A program made the translations under genes and the position numbers. A model generated the notes under the pieces. It was given only the letters and a program-made list of their open reading frames with translations. It was not told where the DNA came from and searched no databases. A stretch of DNA of 64,000 nt from Cenococcum geophilum. Lineage: Eukaryota. The stretch spans positions 9,486,001 to 9,550,000 of the forward strand of contig CP158635.1 of assembly GCA_050273025.1 (NCBI GenBank), given 5' to 3'. Positions 49,458 to 61,700 of this stretch are shown here, in pieces (within the stretch, counting starts at the first letter, position 1; the number at the start of each line of letters is the position of its first letter).

Positions 49458-51565
49458 TTTTTTTTTTTTTTTTTTTTTAGGTCCGTTGTATTATACTACG
49501 TACAATACTGCGCATGCAGCCTCTAGGCTATGGCGCTATAGTTCTATATACATAAATCCTTTCTAAGCAGCTTAATATGTACTAGTAGCTATGTCCTAGT
49601 AGTTTATAAACCCCTAAATTAGGAGTTTATAGTTTCCTAGTAAAATACTAAGATACTACAACTACTAGGGAATGAGAAAATGGTAAGAAAAACTATAAGA
49701 AATCCTAACCCCTGTCCCTGTCCTTTTGTAATTTATTTCTGTCCTTTTGCTCTCTAATATTATTTTAAGAGCCTAGTAGGAGTTGCCTCCTTCTAGAATC
49801 CTATCTGTTTTTATTCTTCTATAGAATCTTCTTCGCGTACTAGTTTAGCAGCTTTAAGAGTCTCGCAGTCTTTACTATTAGCAAAGTGTTTTTCTTTACA
49901 ATTAATGCAAAGAGGGGTAGTATGCTGGCAAGGCTTGCCTGTTATTATACAGGTAGAACAGGAATGGTCTTTAGATAAATGTGCAGCCGCACAGTATCTA
50001 TAGGCCCTAGTAGAGCACCTGTCTCCTATATGGCCAAATTTTTGGCAGCTCGTACACTGCGTAGTAGGAGAGACTTCAAGGTATTTTACTACCTTAGTAG
50101 CTGTACCTGTAATTGATATCTCTTTTTGCTTAAGGATTTCTTGTCTTTTTTCTTCGTTTTCTATAGTAAAAACTATAGAGCCGAATCTGGTCTGTGGATC
50201 GTGTCTTTTTACACTAGATGAGATCCATCTAGGTAGTCCTTGTATCCTTATAGGATTAAAGGTCTTAATTTCTTCTTTTAGAAGCTTAGAGCCTCCTTCT
50301 CCTAGGAAAGGTAGGGTAGGAACCCTATGGGCTATAATTTGAACCCATGGTTCTAGTTTTTGTTCTCTTTGAAAAGTAAAGCAATTATGCCAGATTTCCT
50401 TGTATTTAACTAGGAAATCCGCATTATACTCTTCCGTAGTTATAAGAAGAATATTTTGTTTTCCTTTAGTTCTAGCTATAGATACTAAAACAGGTTTTTC
50501 TACTTGCAGTTTTAATGCAAATAGTTAATTGACTTTGTTTCGTATAGAGAAGGTATCTAAAGGTTAGTCCTTTTGGTCTGTAATAAGGACTAGCTTCCTT
50601 TCTTATAGCTGCTTTTTCTTACTTCTAGTAGAAGTAGAAGGGGTAGGAGATGGTGTTGGTAAGGAGGGCAGGGGGGACGAGGAAGGGAGGTTCTTCTTTA
50701 GTCTCTCTGCGTAGGTTTCCTTAGTAGGAGCTACCTCCTTACGGAGAGCTCTTACTTCTTCAACTAATCCTTGTAGGATATCTTTTGCCTTTTCTTTTCC
50801 TTTTATAAAGGGATTTTCTCCTACTAGAATACTCCGTGTATAGTCCTCTAGCTATTTAACTTGTTCTTTTTCTTCTTCTTTTTCTTCTTCTTCTAGCCCT
50901 TTATAGGCCTGTATTAGGCTTTCTAGGGCCTTTTGTAGGTGTTGTTTAGGAGAAAGGGGAGGGAAAGATATACTAGGTATACCAGCCGTAAAAGTCATTA
51001 ATTTTGTTGTCTTTTTTGCAGGTTTTTGGTTTTCTTTTTCAGTAGAAGACTGAGGATGTCCTCTTTTTTCTCCTGTCCCAAATAGGCCAGGAGAAGGAGA
51101 AGGGGCAGAAAAAGTGAATGTAGTCGTAGACTTATTATCACTTATTTCTATAGGAGGTTTTTTTTTATGCCTATTAGACTTTGGCATCTTATAGGGGGGT
51201 TTCCTAGTTTTTTTTTTCTACCCTTATACCTTTCTCCTTACTAATCCTACTAGAAGATTTCTGGGGAGATTAGGCTAAAAGGGAGTAGAAAGACTAGCCC
51301 CTATTGGTATTGGTATTGGTGGTAGTAGTAGTGGTTTTAGTGTTCCTGTCCGTGCCTCGCTTATAAGCTAGGACCAACCCTAGAGAAAATTTTCTGTTGG
51401 GATAAGGGGGTAAAATGACAAATAAATCCACCTCTAGCTCGCTAGGCGGTAGGAATTAGGTCTTGAAAGTTGGAAAATCAATTGTTTTTGATGGTAAGAT
51501 GGGTATGCGTAAGTTTTAGAGTGTGGCGCTACCTTTTGGTAAGGTTGCATGTGCGGTAAAGGTTT
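49458..51565 (-). mobile_element. ORF1-only, poly(A)-tailed non-LTR retroposon, copy 2 (complete) inserted in the Copia leader
   Basis: T23 run at 49456-49478 and 13-bp TSD TATATTGTGTATT (49445-49457, 51566-51578). RIP-interrupted ORF from ATG 51187 (MPKSNRHKKKPP) to CCHC knuckles at ~49860-50065. No room for and no motifs of EN/RT. Confidence 0.85.
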
Positions 51566-52731
51566 TATATTGTGTATTATTTAGGTGGGTAAGGGTAAGG
51601 ATAAGGGTATTTATAGGGTAAAGGTAGTAGAACGGTTAAGGAGGTAGTTAAGGAGGCGGTTAAGGAGGCGGTTAGGTAGGATAAGGTGTTTTACGCAGTG
51701 GTCCTCTGGAATAGATAGAACGAGATATTTAGTAGTCGTTGTGGATACCAGACAAGTACTTCTAGGTAATTTCTCTTCTTCTCTTTAACTAAAATAGGCT
51801 GATACGAAAGGTAGATAAGTATAACTATCTTCTAATCTGCTATAAGGTAGATAGTATAACTGTCTTCTAAGCTATCTACGTATTTCCTAATCTGTGCGCG
51901 CTTACTAATTAGTGTTGGTATGCTTTAATATAGTGCAATAGACGTAATATACGTGCAGTGCAATGTGTAATTAGATTCTTGAGGTTCTATTCTATAATAC
52001 AGTGTTAATACATATACGCGTCTCGCGTAGGTCACATACTGTGTACGTGATACGTAAAACGAATATATACCGACAATATTATAACTTTTTAAATCCTATA
52101 TAAAATTCTATAGAAAATGCTAAAATTAATAAAGAACTTAATATATAATAAGAGATTTTAGCAACAAAGCTAATAATTCTATTAAAATCAATAAGTTATT
52201 TAAAACTGTATATAAGGCTACGGAGGGTATATTAATATTTATAATTTTATTAAATTATATAAGGTATATTTCTTATATATTTTAATTATTTTTATTAAAA
52301 ATACTTGTATTTAATAAAATTATTTAAATAAATTAAAAAGCTAAATAAAACTGTTCCACTATTAATATACTTGTTGATTTAATCTATTTATAAAAAGGCC
52401 AAACCCAGCTTATCTTCTTAGTTATTATAAGAAAGTGAGAATAAAACTTAGTTATATGTGCAAAAAATATATTCAATAGTTTTCTACTTCTATGCTTACA
52501 AGGTTTCTCTTAAAAGTGGTTAATTTTTTAAGAAAAGTAATAGGGAATGGACAGGAAACCTAATACTTTTAAATATTGTAGAAGATATATAAGGAGCCTA
52601 TATAAACAAAAGGTATATTTTCTTTCTTAGTAATATTAATATTTACTTAATATTTACTATAAATAATGCTATTTTATAGACTTATATAGGAGAAATGTAA
52701 AATAAAAATAAAAAAAGCAATTACTGACTTA

Positions 52732-53329
52732 TAGGGGTGTGAGCTTACACTTACACGTGTACATACATTCGTGTACATACACGGTGTACACGTGTATTCT
52801 GGAGGCTTACACCGTGTATTGCACTGGCCATATGCTTAGTAAACAGTGTAATGAAGTGAGTCTTTCGTTTGGATGTCTCGCCCATAGTAATTACTATAAG
52901 CAGAACATCCATTTGCAACGCCGTTCATCGCACTCTTTCTTTAAGCGGTATACTCGTCTCTATCACGAGCCTTGGCATAGTGTTTTCAATCAAATCGCTC
53001 ACCAAATGGCAGGCTCTACAGCCGATCTATGCTGGAAGGAGGTTGCTGTTCACAAACTCCGTGGTAAAACCCACCCAAATGTCGTCTATATTCACTGCCA
53101 GAAGACATGGCACTCAAATAGTCGTCAGAAGGTCGTCGCCCACCTAAAAAGTGCTAGGAACTGGATATATATATAGATTCGGCGACGACGAGGACGACGA
53201 CCAGGAGGACATTGAGGATTACGACATATAATATATTATATACGCTTACACTTACACGGTGTATTACACTGTGTAATACACCGTGTACACGTGTAATATT
53301 CCGACTTACACGGTGTATTCACACCCCTA
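52732..53329 (+). mobile_element. 598-bp hAT internal-deletion derivative (MITE)
   Basis: TIR TAGGGGTGTGA/TCACACCCCTA and perfect 8-bp TSD CTGACTTA (52724-52731, 53330-53337). Subterminal TACAC/GTGTA repeats. BED-finger-like remnant W..V...VV(C>Y)IHCQKTW...R..VVAHLK fused to an acidic C-terminus. Confidence 0.9.
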
Positions 53330-53403
53330 CTGACTTAAAGCTTTAAGAGCTTTACAAACATAATACAAATTTTAATTACACTTCTAAGTTATCCTGCAAT
53401 CCT

Positions 53404-54442
53404 TCAAGTAGTCGTAACACCATCTCTAAGTTCGGGATGAGAATTGCGCTTATGTGTTTTCAAGTTATCCGACCTCTTGTACTGTTTGATACACCCTGGT
53501 ACTGGGCAAGGCCAGCGTTTTCCATCGTGCTCTGAAGCAATATGTCTATTAAGGTTTCCCTTTCGGCACCTTTTATTACCTCCAAAACCTTTTCCGCATT
53601 TCTTACACCTTAGGATATCTTCTGAGGAAGCGTCTATATGTGTAGGATTTTGATTAGGCATGAGTGGCTGACACAACGTTTTATCGTTTATGGGTAGAAA
53701 CTTTGGTAGATATTGGCTTAGTACAGTAGTTGGCGTTGTAACAGAAGGCCAGGTCTGATCGAACCTGGTGACTGTAAGCTTTTTATTTCTAGTGGTAGGC
53801 TTGACCTACTTACGGTTGTGGCGCATGCCCGGGCAAAGGTTTAGAATTCTTGTATCCAGATTGGCAAAAAAATGGTGAATTAGGATTAACAACCGTATTT
53901 GTGTCAATCATTTGGGAGGAATTAATGGACCCCGGAGGTTTAGAGAAAAAGTTATCATAGCTTTCTGGCAGGCTATCGTAGATTCCTGGTTGGTTGCCGT
54001 GGTAGATTCCTGGCAGGCTGTCGTAAGTTTCTGGTTGGTTGTTGTAGATTCCTAGCGCGTTACCGGAGTAAGCCTCTAGTGGGCTGTCGCAGATTCCTGG
54101 CGGATTGCCATAGAATTTTCCTGACTGAATATTGCTAGGGATCCCTTGTGGGCTGTTGCCGGAGAACCCTGCTGGACTATCGTAGGGCGCCTCTGATGTG
54201 TTGTTTAAGGAGGCTCCCGGTGAGCTGTTAAAGAAAGCTCCCTTTGGGGTTGGTTGCGCATTCATATTGGAAGGTTCTCCAGTGCCGAGCGGGTTTGAGA
54301 TGCGTTGAGAAGATGAGATAAAAATATTGCCAATTGGCACTATTTGTCTGCCAATGGAAAGTTGTGGGTTGGGAATGTCTTGTCTCTGACGATCGTCGTC
54401 TATACTTGGGCTACTCGGGAGTGAGGAATAAAGGTGCTCCAC
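53404..54442 (-). CDS. C2H2 zinc-finger protein (two fingers), 5' end uncertain; predicted intron 53765-53813
   Basis: CKKCGKGF...NLNRHIASEH and CPVPGCIKQYKRSDNLKTHKRNSH. A 49-bp GTAAGT...CAG intron joins ORF 53810-54442 in frame to ORF 53404-53676. Confidence 0.72.
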
Positions 54443-55870
54443 TGCCTTCGGCGATAGTGGTGAACTGTATGCTATAGTAAGTATACACGAGCGTTATAGA
54501 TGATGTAGTGCTGATTTAAAAAGCCTTACTGATAATGAACTAATCGCGTATTTTGCCCTTTCTTTGTTGAGTTTTGTAAGAATGAGAAAATAAAAGCTTA
54601 CTCCTAAAAGGTAGGACTACCTCACATATGATATACTTACATATTCCGTAATTCATGGCAGCGCTGTACCTTCCGGTGCCCCTTAACATGCCACGATTCC
54701 CAGGGAAGAATGACAGTGACTCATAGCTGCTTATATCTCGCAATATTCCGTGGAAAACGACGTGTTTCACTCATCTTCCTGGGGCGCACTCTTCGCCACA
54801 CTGCCACGCGATTAATAGAAGTAAACTACAAACAAGTCGTAGTCTTTCCAAGCATACAGCACTACAACTTTAAGTCAGAGAAGGTTTTAAAATAAAACAT
54901 ATAATATTTCAGGTCTTTAAAAGAAATTTATGAAAGGCTTTATTAGTGCCGTATATTATTATTGATTTAGGAAACTTTTATAGTTGCTCGTTTATTAAGT
55001 GTCAATGATCTGCCTGCCGCGTGCCTGCATGAACCAGCATGGCCGGTTCAGTGGCACCGAGTAAGTTACTTGCATTAAGCATCTGGTGACGCGCTGTTGC
55101 GCGCAACCATGTGGCTTCACGATTTGGATTTTTCGATTCACGGTTTACCGGAAAGCGTTAAGACTGCTTCATATTCCCAATCTCCTGGAACCTACAGTTA
55201 TTCCTTATTCAGCATCGTTGCATTGGAAAGTGCCCTTATCCGTAGCCGAAATGCAGTGGCTTAGGTAGTCAGCACTGTTTTTCACATTCGGATGTTTAGA
55301 GTTTGGATTCAGGTACGCAACGTTCAGCACGGGCTCGCTAGCGCCTGCAAATTATTCCAGACCTGAAAATCTCGGAACTCGTGCACATAGCTGTACCGGC
55401 TTCACTCCCCCTCCCTGACAAAATTTTGATTTCGCCCGCACATGATTTCGCCTGCCACTAACCGTATACATAGCAACTATAGTGAACACCTATAGCTGTA
55501 TGCAAAGACTATTTTGGTTGCCCTGGGGAATTATTCTAGTTGGCTAGGGGAATTGAATTCCTTACGCTTTTCTTCCCCCCTTTTTGCCATGCCGACGCCA
55601 AATTCACGCTCTTTCTGCAGGCAGAGAGATCGATGGGATTTGGCAATATCGTATATAGGTGGAAACCTCACGGTATTTGACAAAGATCACGACATTGGAG
55701 CGCGAACAGCTTGAAGTTCTTAGCAAGCATGGGTGTTCGCTACAATTGCTATGAACAGTTCGTGGCGGGGGTGAAGCTGGTCGTGCACGTTTTAGCCACC
55801 CAGTCGAGCCAGCCACCGGTGGCTAAAACATTAGCCTAGGAAGGTCAAAAAGCTGACTCGCTCAGCTGTA

Positions 55871-58234
55871 CACCCTCCTGTCAATTCCGGTTATTAGCGC
55901 CTTACTAGTGACGCCTCTCGGGCGGAAATCCTCATATAGATTAGTATGAGTTTCCCCGTCTTAGCAGCGAGCTTCAAAAGACCTCAATATCAAAAATTTA
56001 TGAAGCTTTTTAAAACTAATGATTGTGTGGTAGATTGCCTATATACGAATATTTCTAAAGTCACAGTAGCCAAATGAGTGTTAAAATCAACGCTTAGCAA
56101 TCAAATAAGCGTCCAAATATCTCCTCTAAGCTCCTAATCGTCCTCCAAGATCCTAATCGTCCTCCAAGCTTTCTATTGTCCTCTACCACTTAGTAGGTCC
56201 CCCTTCTGCTTCAATTACTACCTCAAGGCGTGCAGGCATAGAAGCAACTAGATCCTCAAAGTAGCAGGCCTCCAGATTCTCCCATTCAGATTTAATGGCT
56301 GCTTATATTACTTCTTTTATTAACGGGCGAGGCTTCCGCTTAGCTAATTAAGTCTTTATTAAATTCCAAACGGCCTTAATTGGGTTAAGATCTGGGCTGT
56401 TTACTGGCTACTAAAGTAACTTAATATTGTCTTCCTAAAACTTAGCGATGGTAATATGAGCTCTATAATAAAGAGCTCCATTTATTTATATAATTATTAG
56501 GGTACTTCTAAATTCGTAATTAGGGAAATATACACTATACTTAGCGTTATAAAAGTCGTAGAATTCTTTAAGCTTTAGATAAATGTAATCTAGGAAGCCC
56601 TACGCCGTAATATTACCCTATTCTTCTTTATTTTAAAATAGTAGAAGCCCTTTTTCTGCACCGCAGAATGTAGCCTATACTATTATATAAGGTACGTTAG
56701 TAAACTTAGGACGGAGGCAGTTAGGATAAAATTATTTACTAGGTCTTCTAAAGACATAGAGCCGCTGGTGCCTACTATAATATATAGCTGCCTTATCTAT
56801 CCACATAACTCTCTACTAATCCTCTTTTTAGAAGTGACGGTAAGCTAATATAAATACTAACCTAGCGCGATAGTAAGCTATAGTAAGCTAGGGCTTTGCA
56901 TAAGCAATATAGCGTTAATAGCCCTCCTTCTTAAAATATTAGGCGACTGTAGAGTTGGAACAAAGGACTCCTATATAGAAGGAAAGCTCTAAGTAGGTAA
57001 GGCAACGCGCCCAAGAATTTAACTCTAGGAAATTAACTAGTTAACGCCAAATTAGCGAGCCGTATATAAGAGCATTGCAATAGCCACCACGTATTAGGGT
57101 CTGCGCTTTATTAATAATATAGTTGCTTAACTAATGTAGTAATGCAAGAGATAGGTTCTTAAAGGTAGTAATAGAGGCCTTTAATGGTGCATCTTAGGGA
57201 ATAAGGAATAAGCGCTCGAGCGTTACTTTCCTAAAGCCGTTAGCGACGTTAAATACGTTCTATAGCTCGCTCCTTCCGCTCCTATTCCTCGCGTCTTTCC
57301 TATCTATTAAGATAAGCAATTGCTTAGCGAATACAACAATTCGGGGTAGTAGGCGTTAGAGTAGAACTAGATGCAGTAGAGTAAGTAAAGGGAGTATTTA
57401 GCACAGTTATATTACTAGGTAAAAAAGGAGTAAAAAAGCTAAAAAAGCTTCTAAAGCTAAAAAGGCGCAGTGGAGCTCTAGGAGGATTAGGTAAAGTAGG
57501 TTCTAAAGTCCCTTTTATACGGAAAGGATCGTACCCAGGAGAAGGTATAGTAGATACCTTTAAGGATAGAATCTAAAAGATTTTAGTTAGAACTTGTTAT
57601 AGGAATATACAAATTTAGTATAAAAAGTGGTAAGGATAGTATTAACTTATAATAGGCGCAGATAAATATCTTTATACTTAAATCTGCAGAGCTATCTAAA
57701 GTCCCTTACAATCGCGCTAAGACTTAATATTTACCCAAACTTAGAAACCTTATCTGTGACTACCGCTATTAATATCCGTTTTAATAGCGTAATTAATACA
57801 TCCGAGGGCCTATTTCTAACTTCTACGAAGTTACCTAGGATGAAAGCAAGCCATTTTTAAACTAATTACTACTAGAAAGGCCATTTAGACGTAAGAACTA
57901 GCAATTATCGTAATAGAGGCTTAAGGAAGGTCGTAATAGAGGCTTAAGGAAGTTAAGGATTGTTATAAACAACGCGTCGGCGGCTTAGAAGAGGGGTAGG
58001 AAACTAGAAGACGTGTTATTAATTAGTAGACTTCCTGAGTTAGGTTCCCTACCGCGTGGAGCTCATAACCCCACCTTATCACGATTAGAGGCGTCGAAAA
58101 GCTTCAAATTGACTATTAGGTGAGGTTATTCGGCAGGCTCTTTCTGATATTCAGCTGCCAAGCCGGAGAGACTGAATTTGTGTTAATTGGTGGCTTAATC
58201 AAAAGCGCTAACAACCGGAATTGACGAGAGGGTG
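55871..58234 (-). mobile_element. Tc1/mariner (DD34E-type) DNA transposon, full length, RIP-inactivated
   Basis: 30-bp TIRs CACCCTCCTGTCAATTCCGGTTATTAGCGC (3 mismatches) and TA on both sides (55869-55870, 58235-58236). Minus-strand (W)PVNSPDLNPI(E)AVWN at ~56360-56412. Confidence 0.9.
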
Positions 58235-58344
58235 TACGTACCCCCTGCCGATGTTCGCGAACGGGGCACAGCTGAGCGTGATCTCGGAAAAGTTGAATGT
58301 CCGATGGGGTCGGCGAAAGCTGGGCATGCCTTAGGGTACCCTCC

Positions 58345-58704
58345 CCACTGCGTGCACGGTCCCACTTAATGCACGGTTTTCCTTACCAAACCCATAACTT
58401 AATAACTTTTTAATAGAATTTTATAAAAATTTAAATATAGCTTATTAAATACTAAAACTACAATTTTATAATAAAAAATAATAATAAAAGATTAATTAGC
58501 TTATATATAGTACTAAAATATATAAAAATATAAAAATATAGGTTATTATAGTATAAACTAAAAAACACTACCTTTTATATAGTAATAGTTAAAGTACTTA
58601 TTTTATTATAGATTTTTTAAGAGATTTCTTATTTTTTTTTAAAATATTTTTTTTTTAAAGCTATATAACTACTTATTAATAGTAAATTATAATAAAATAA
58701 ATAA
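58345..58704. mobile_element. Heavily RIPed DNA transposon end interrupted by LINE copy C
   Basis: GCACGGTTTTCCTTACCAAA resembles the reverse complement of the pogo-like subterminal sequence at ~31779-31800. It is followed by extremely AT-rich sequence. Confidence 0.4.
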
Positions 58705-58789
58705 GGCCGTCGAAATCGGACTCTGCACCTGTACGTGGTGACGGCTACGAACCTGGTCTTTGAAGTTCAGATCCAGAGCCAACGCAGAG
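58705..58789 (+). ncRNA. HDV-like self-cleaving ribozyme at the LINE 5' end
   Basis: P1 GGCCGUC(58705-11)/GACGGCU(58740-46) with a G1-U wobble. P2 CUCUGC(58721-26)/GCAGAG(58784-89). P3 ACC/GGU with 7-nt L3 UGUACGU. P1.1 GU/AC. P4 hairpin ~58753-58776. J4/2 C-C-A-A-C with the candidate catalytic C at 58779. Confidence 0.82.
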
Positions 58790-61700
58790 ACGTCGCATAG
58801 CGTGCGGACAGGACCTGTGGTGGTTATAGGCGTTAAGGGCGGTGGTGAAAAATTTTCAGATGGTGAGATCTTGAAAACCACTACTGTTGGCTCTCTACAG
58901 TACGACGACTACTACATTCTCCTATCCAGGGCACCTGTACGATCCAACATGGATGCACAGTATTCGATATCACCCCCCGTCCCCCAGTAGAAAGCATTAA
59001 TAACCTTATATTAATAAATAAGCAAACGTAAACAAACGAACGAACGAGTAAATATACGGCCCCTCCTAACCCCTAAGGCGATCGCCCGCGGAGCATGCGG
59101 TCACTCGCCGTACTGCTATAATACTACTAAAAGCGGCAGCTAGATAACCCCGTAAAGATTAACGGAACTGGAGCTCTTGCTGCACCCGGCCCAAAAAGAC
59201 CAAAACCAACCAAAAGAACCCTGAAAAACACCCAGAGAATCCCCCTAAGATGCATGCATCGCAGGGGAGGCACACGTCAAACGACGGTGGCTCGCACTCG
59301 CGCGCGACCGCTAGAACTACGCCCAGCAATGGCCCTCCACAATAAAGACGGGCAAATACCACACCACAAAGCGGAAATACCTCTATTAAGAAGGCATCTA
59401 ACAAAATACAAAGCCTATTAGACGCGTCTAGTATCTAGAATTATAGGGGAGTAACTATTAGCTATAACGAACTAATGCAGCTAGCAGAATAGCTCCGCCA
59501 GTCTAGTAAACCTTAGGCGCCCCTCTAGTAAACCCTTAATTAAATCCTTTAACGGCTAAGCAAAATTAAAAATAAGTATAATCCCCCCTTACCGGCGAAC
59601 CGCACCTAGGCCGCTATAGCTACGCTTTTACAGCATAGGGAACCTACTCCCCTTAAGTTAACAACTGGGTATATAATTATAATATAACTAAACACAGAAT
59701 AAGTAGAGGGGCTTAGGGGATAATTAGAAACAGAAGTCCTTATAGAGATACGCAAAGAGGTTTATAACGCTGTTATAGTCTAACACCTTAAAAGCGGAGA
59801 TATTAGAGTTACCTTAAAGGACTAATAGGCAAAGAAACAAGCCGTAAGGGTAGGGGATAGGCTAGGAGAACGTATTGGCATAAAAATACTCTATAAGGAT
59901 TACCTAGTTAAAGTCCTAGCAGTTCCTATAAGCCTTAGGGTAGAAAAGGGACGCTAGGTAGATAACACAGCAATTATATAGGAGATAGTAAGATAAACGG
60001 AACGCCTTATACTAGGACTTAAAATCACCTAAATCTAATAGCTTTAATAGAAAAATATAAACCAAGTATATAATAAGAATAATAAGAGGATATAAGGGTC
60101 GCTAGAGACTCGCTAGGGAGACGCCGGACAAACGTATAGCTCCCTTATTATTAGTATATATACACTAGGAATGCAAAAACTCCTTATCCAAAAAGGAATA
60201 ATTATAAATGGCCTTATATATAATACAAGGCTCTATAACTATAGACTACGCCTAAAATGATACTATTGCTATATACAATAGGGACACACCTAATCTATAT
60301 GCGCAGCACAGGTGTGCTACAGCCACTATATAGGCCCCCACAATACGAGATATTGCTTAAATTAAGACTAAATAAAATGCGTAAACTGCCACCAAAGTAT
60401 ATATAAGGCGTAGAAGAGAGAAGACTGCATTAAATACAGGAGATGGAAGGCAAGGGCTTAATAGCTGCGGGAATAACTGTACGCTAGGTTATACGAATAG
60501 AAACAACAGGTAATAAGCTAGGGGGACGCAGGTGCTTTCCTAGCGTTTCCTACCTTTAACACTAGAGGGCTAGGCCAGCCATCCCAAGCCTTAACGGGCC
60601 AGAAGTAACGCCGCGCGATATTACTAGACCGATTAGGGACATAAGGGTTACAGGGGATATAAGGGAGAGAACGCCCCATAGGAAGACCTCTATAGATAGT
60701 AACAGCAGGCTTAAAACCAGGATAATTAAGAATTAGACTTAATGCGGCAAATATAACATTCGCAGCTAACCTATAAAGGGTATATAGCCGACTAGTAAGA
60801 ACAGGGGAAGAACCGGTGATAATAACAGATTTAGATATAGAAGCGCTAACAGGAACATAAGACACGGGAATAGAAAGCTCTATATAAAATAAGTAGTAAC
60901 TAGGGTATAGATATAAAAGATAGAAGCTCTAAATATCCTAGAGAAAGTGGAAATAGAAGAAGCGAGGAATAAAGGAGAGTTAAAGGACCCTCGCCGGGGG
61001 TCCGCTACCTATCTATTATATAGTATAATTACGGTAATATAAACCACCGCCTTACAAGGCCCCTACTAGATAGTCTAGACCTAGAGAAATACTATATCCT
61101 TACTATATAAGAGCCGTATTATAATACCTTTATATAATTAATATACTGCCCCTAAGGATTCCAGCTCCTATATAAACCAAAAGCAGCCATATATATATAC
61201 TTTATAATTAGCAAGGCTATTAGCCTATCCTTATAGTTATAGCAGGTAATTAACCTAGACATTATAGTTATAATAATCCAAACATATAGGGGACCGGTAT
61301 AAATTATTAATATGTATAACCCTAGGGTTAAAGGGGTCCTATAAACAGAGAATATTATATCGGTAATAAGCTTACTAGAAACCAAAGGTACAGAGTCTAT
61401 CCTATTAGGAGATATAAACCTCTACCACCCGTAATAGGGGGGTATCCATATTACTGCAGACTAACAGTTAAAGTGCCTACTAAGAGCTATAGATATCTGG
61501 GGCCTTAAGCTAGCTACCCCCCTAGAAGTAATTATATGGCAATGAGGCACCGCTAAAAGTATAATTAACCTTATATTTATGGACGAAGGCCTATACCAGA
61601 GACTCGAAAGGTATAACCCCAAAGAAAAATAGGCACTTACCCTAGACCATATCCCTATCCAGATATAGCTAGACCTAGATACTAAAGCGCAACTAAATAG

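Larger units (their letters stand above)
41468..52075 (-). mobile_element. Complete Ty1/Copia LTR retrotransposon, RIP-inactivated, with nested insertions
   Basis: Two 163-bp TG...CA LTRs (41468-41630, 51913-52075) and 5-bp TSD ATATT. Minus-strand order: gag (~49400), PR IIIDT.AS (~47690), integrase (H)RRF(GHP) (~47275), RT KPLYGV.E.GN (~45620) and L(Q)T(DD)TL (~45490), RNase H (~44620). Confidence 0.93.

Noticed and set aside
32243..51503. Long inverted repeats that could be TIRs of a giant ~19-kb element
   Set aside because: They are two oppositely oriented, diverged copies of the ORF1-only retroposon. The right copy has its own TSD and poly(A) and sits inside a Copia that extends beyond it.
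51480..51565. Possible HDV-like ribozyme at the 5' end of the ORF1-only element
   Set aside because: An ACCTTT/AAAGGT pairing exists but no convincing P3 or P1.1. RIP may obscure it, so a consensus is needed.
58268..58325. Possible hammerhead ribozyme (CTGAG...CGAAA)
   Set aside because: The core reads CUGAGCG rather than CUGANGA, and I could not build stems I-III.
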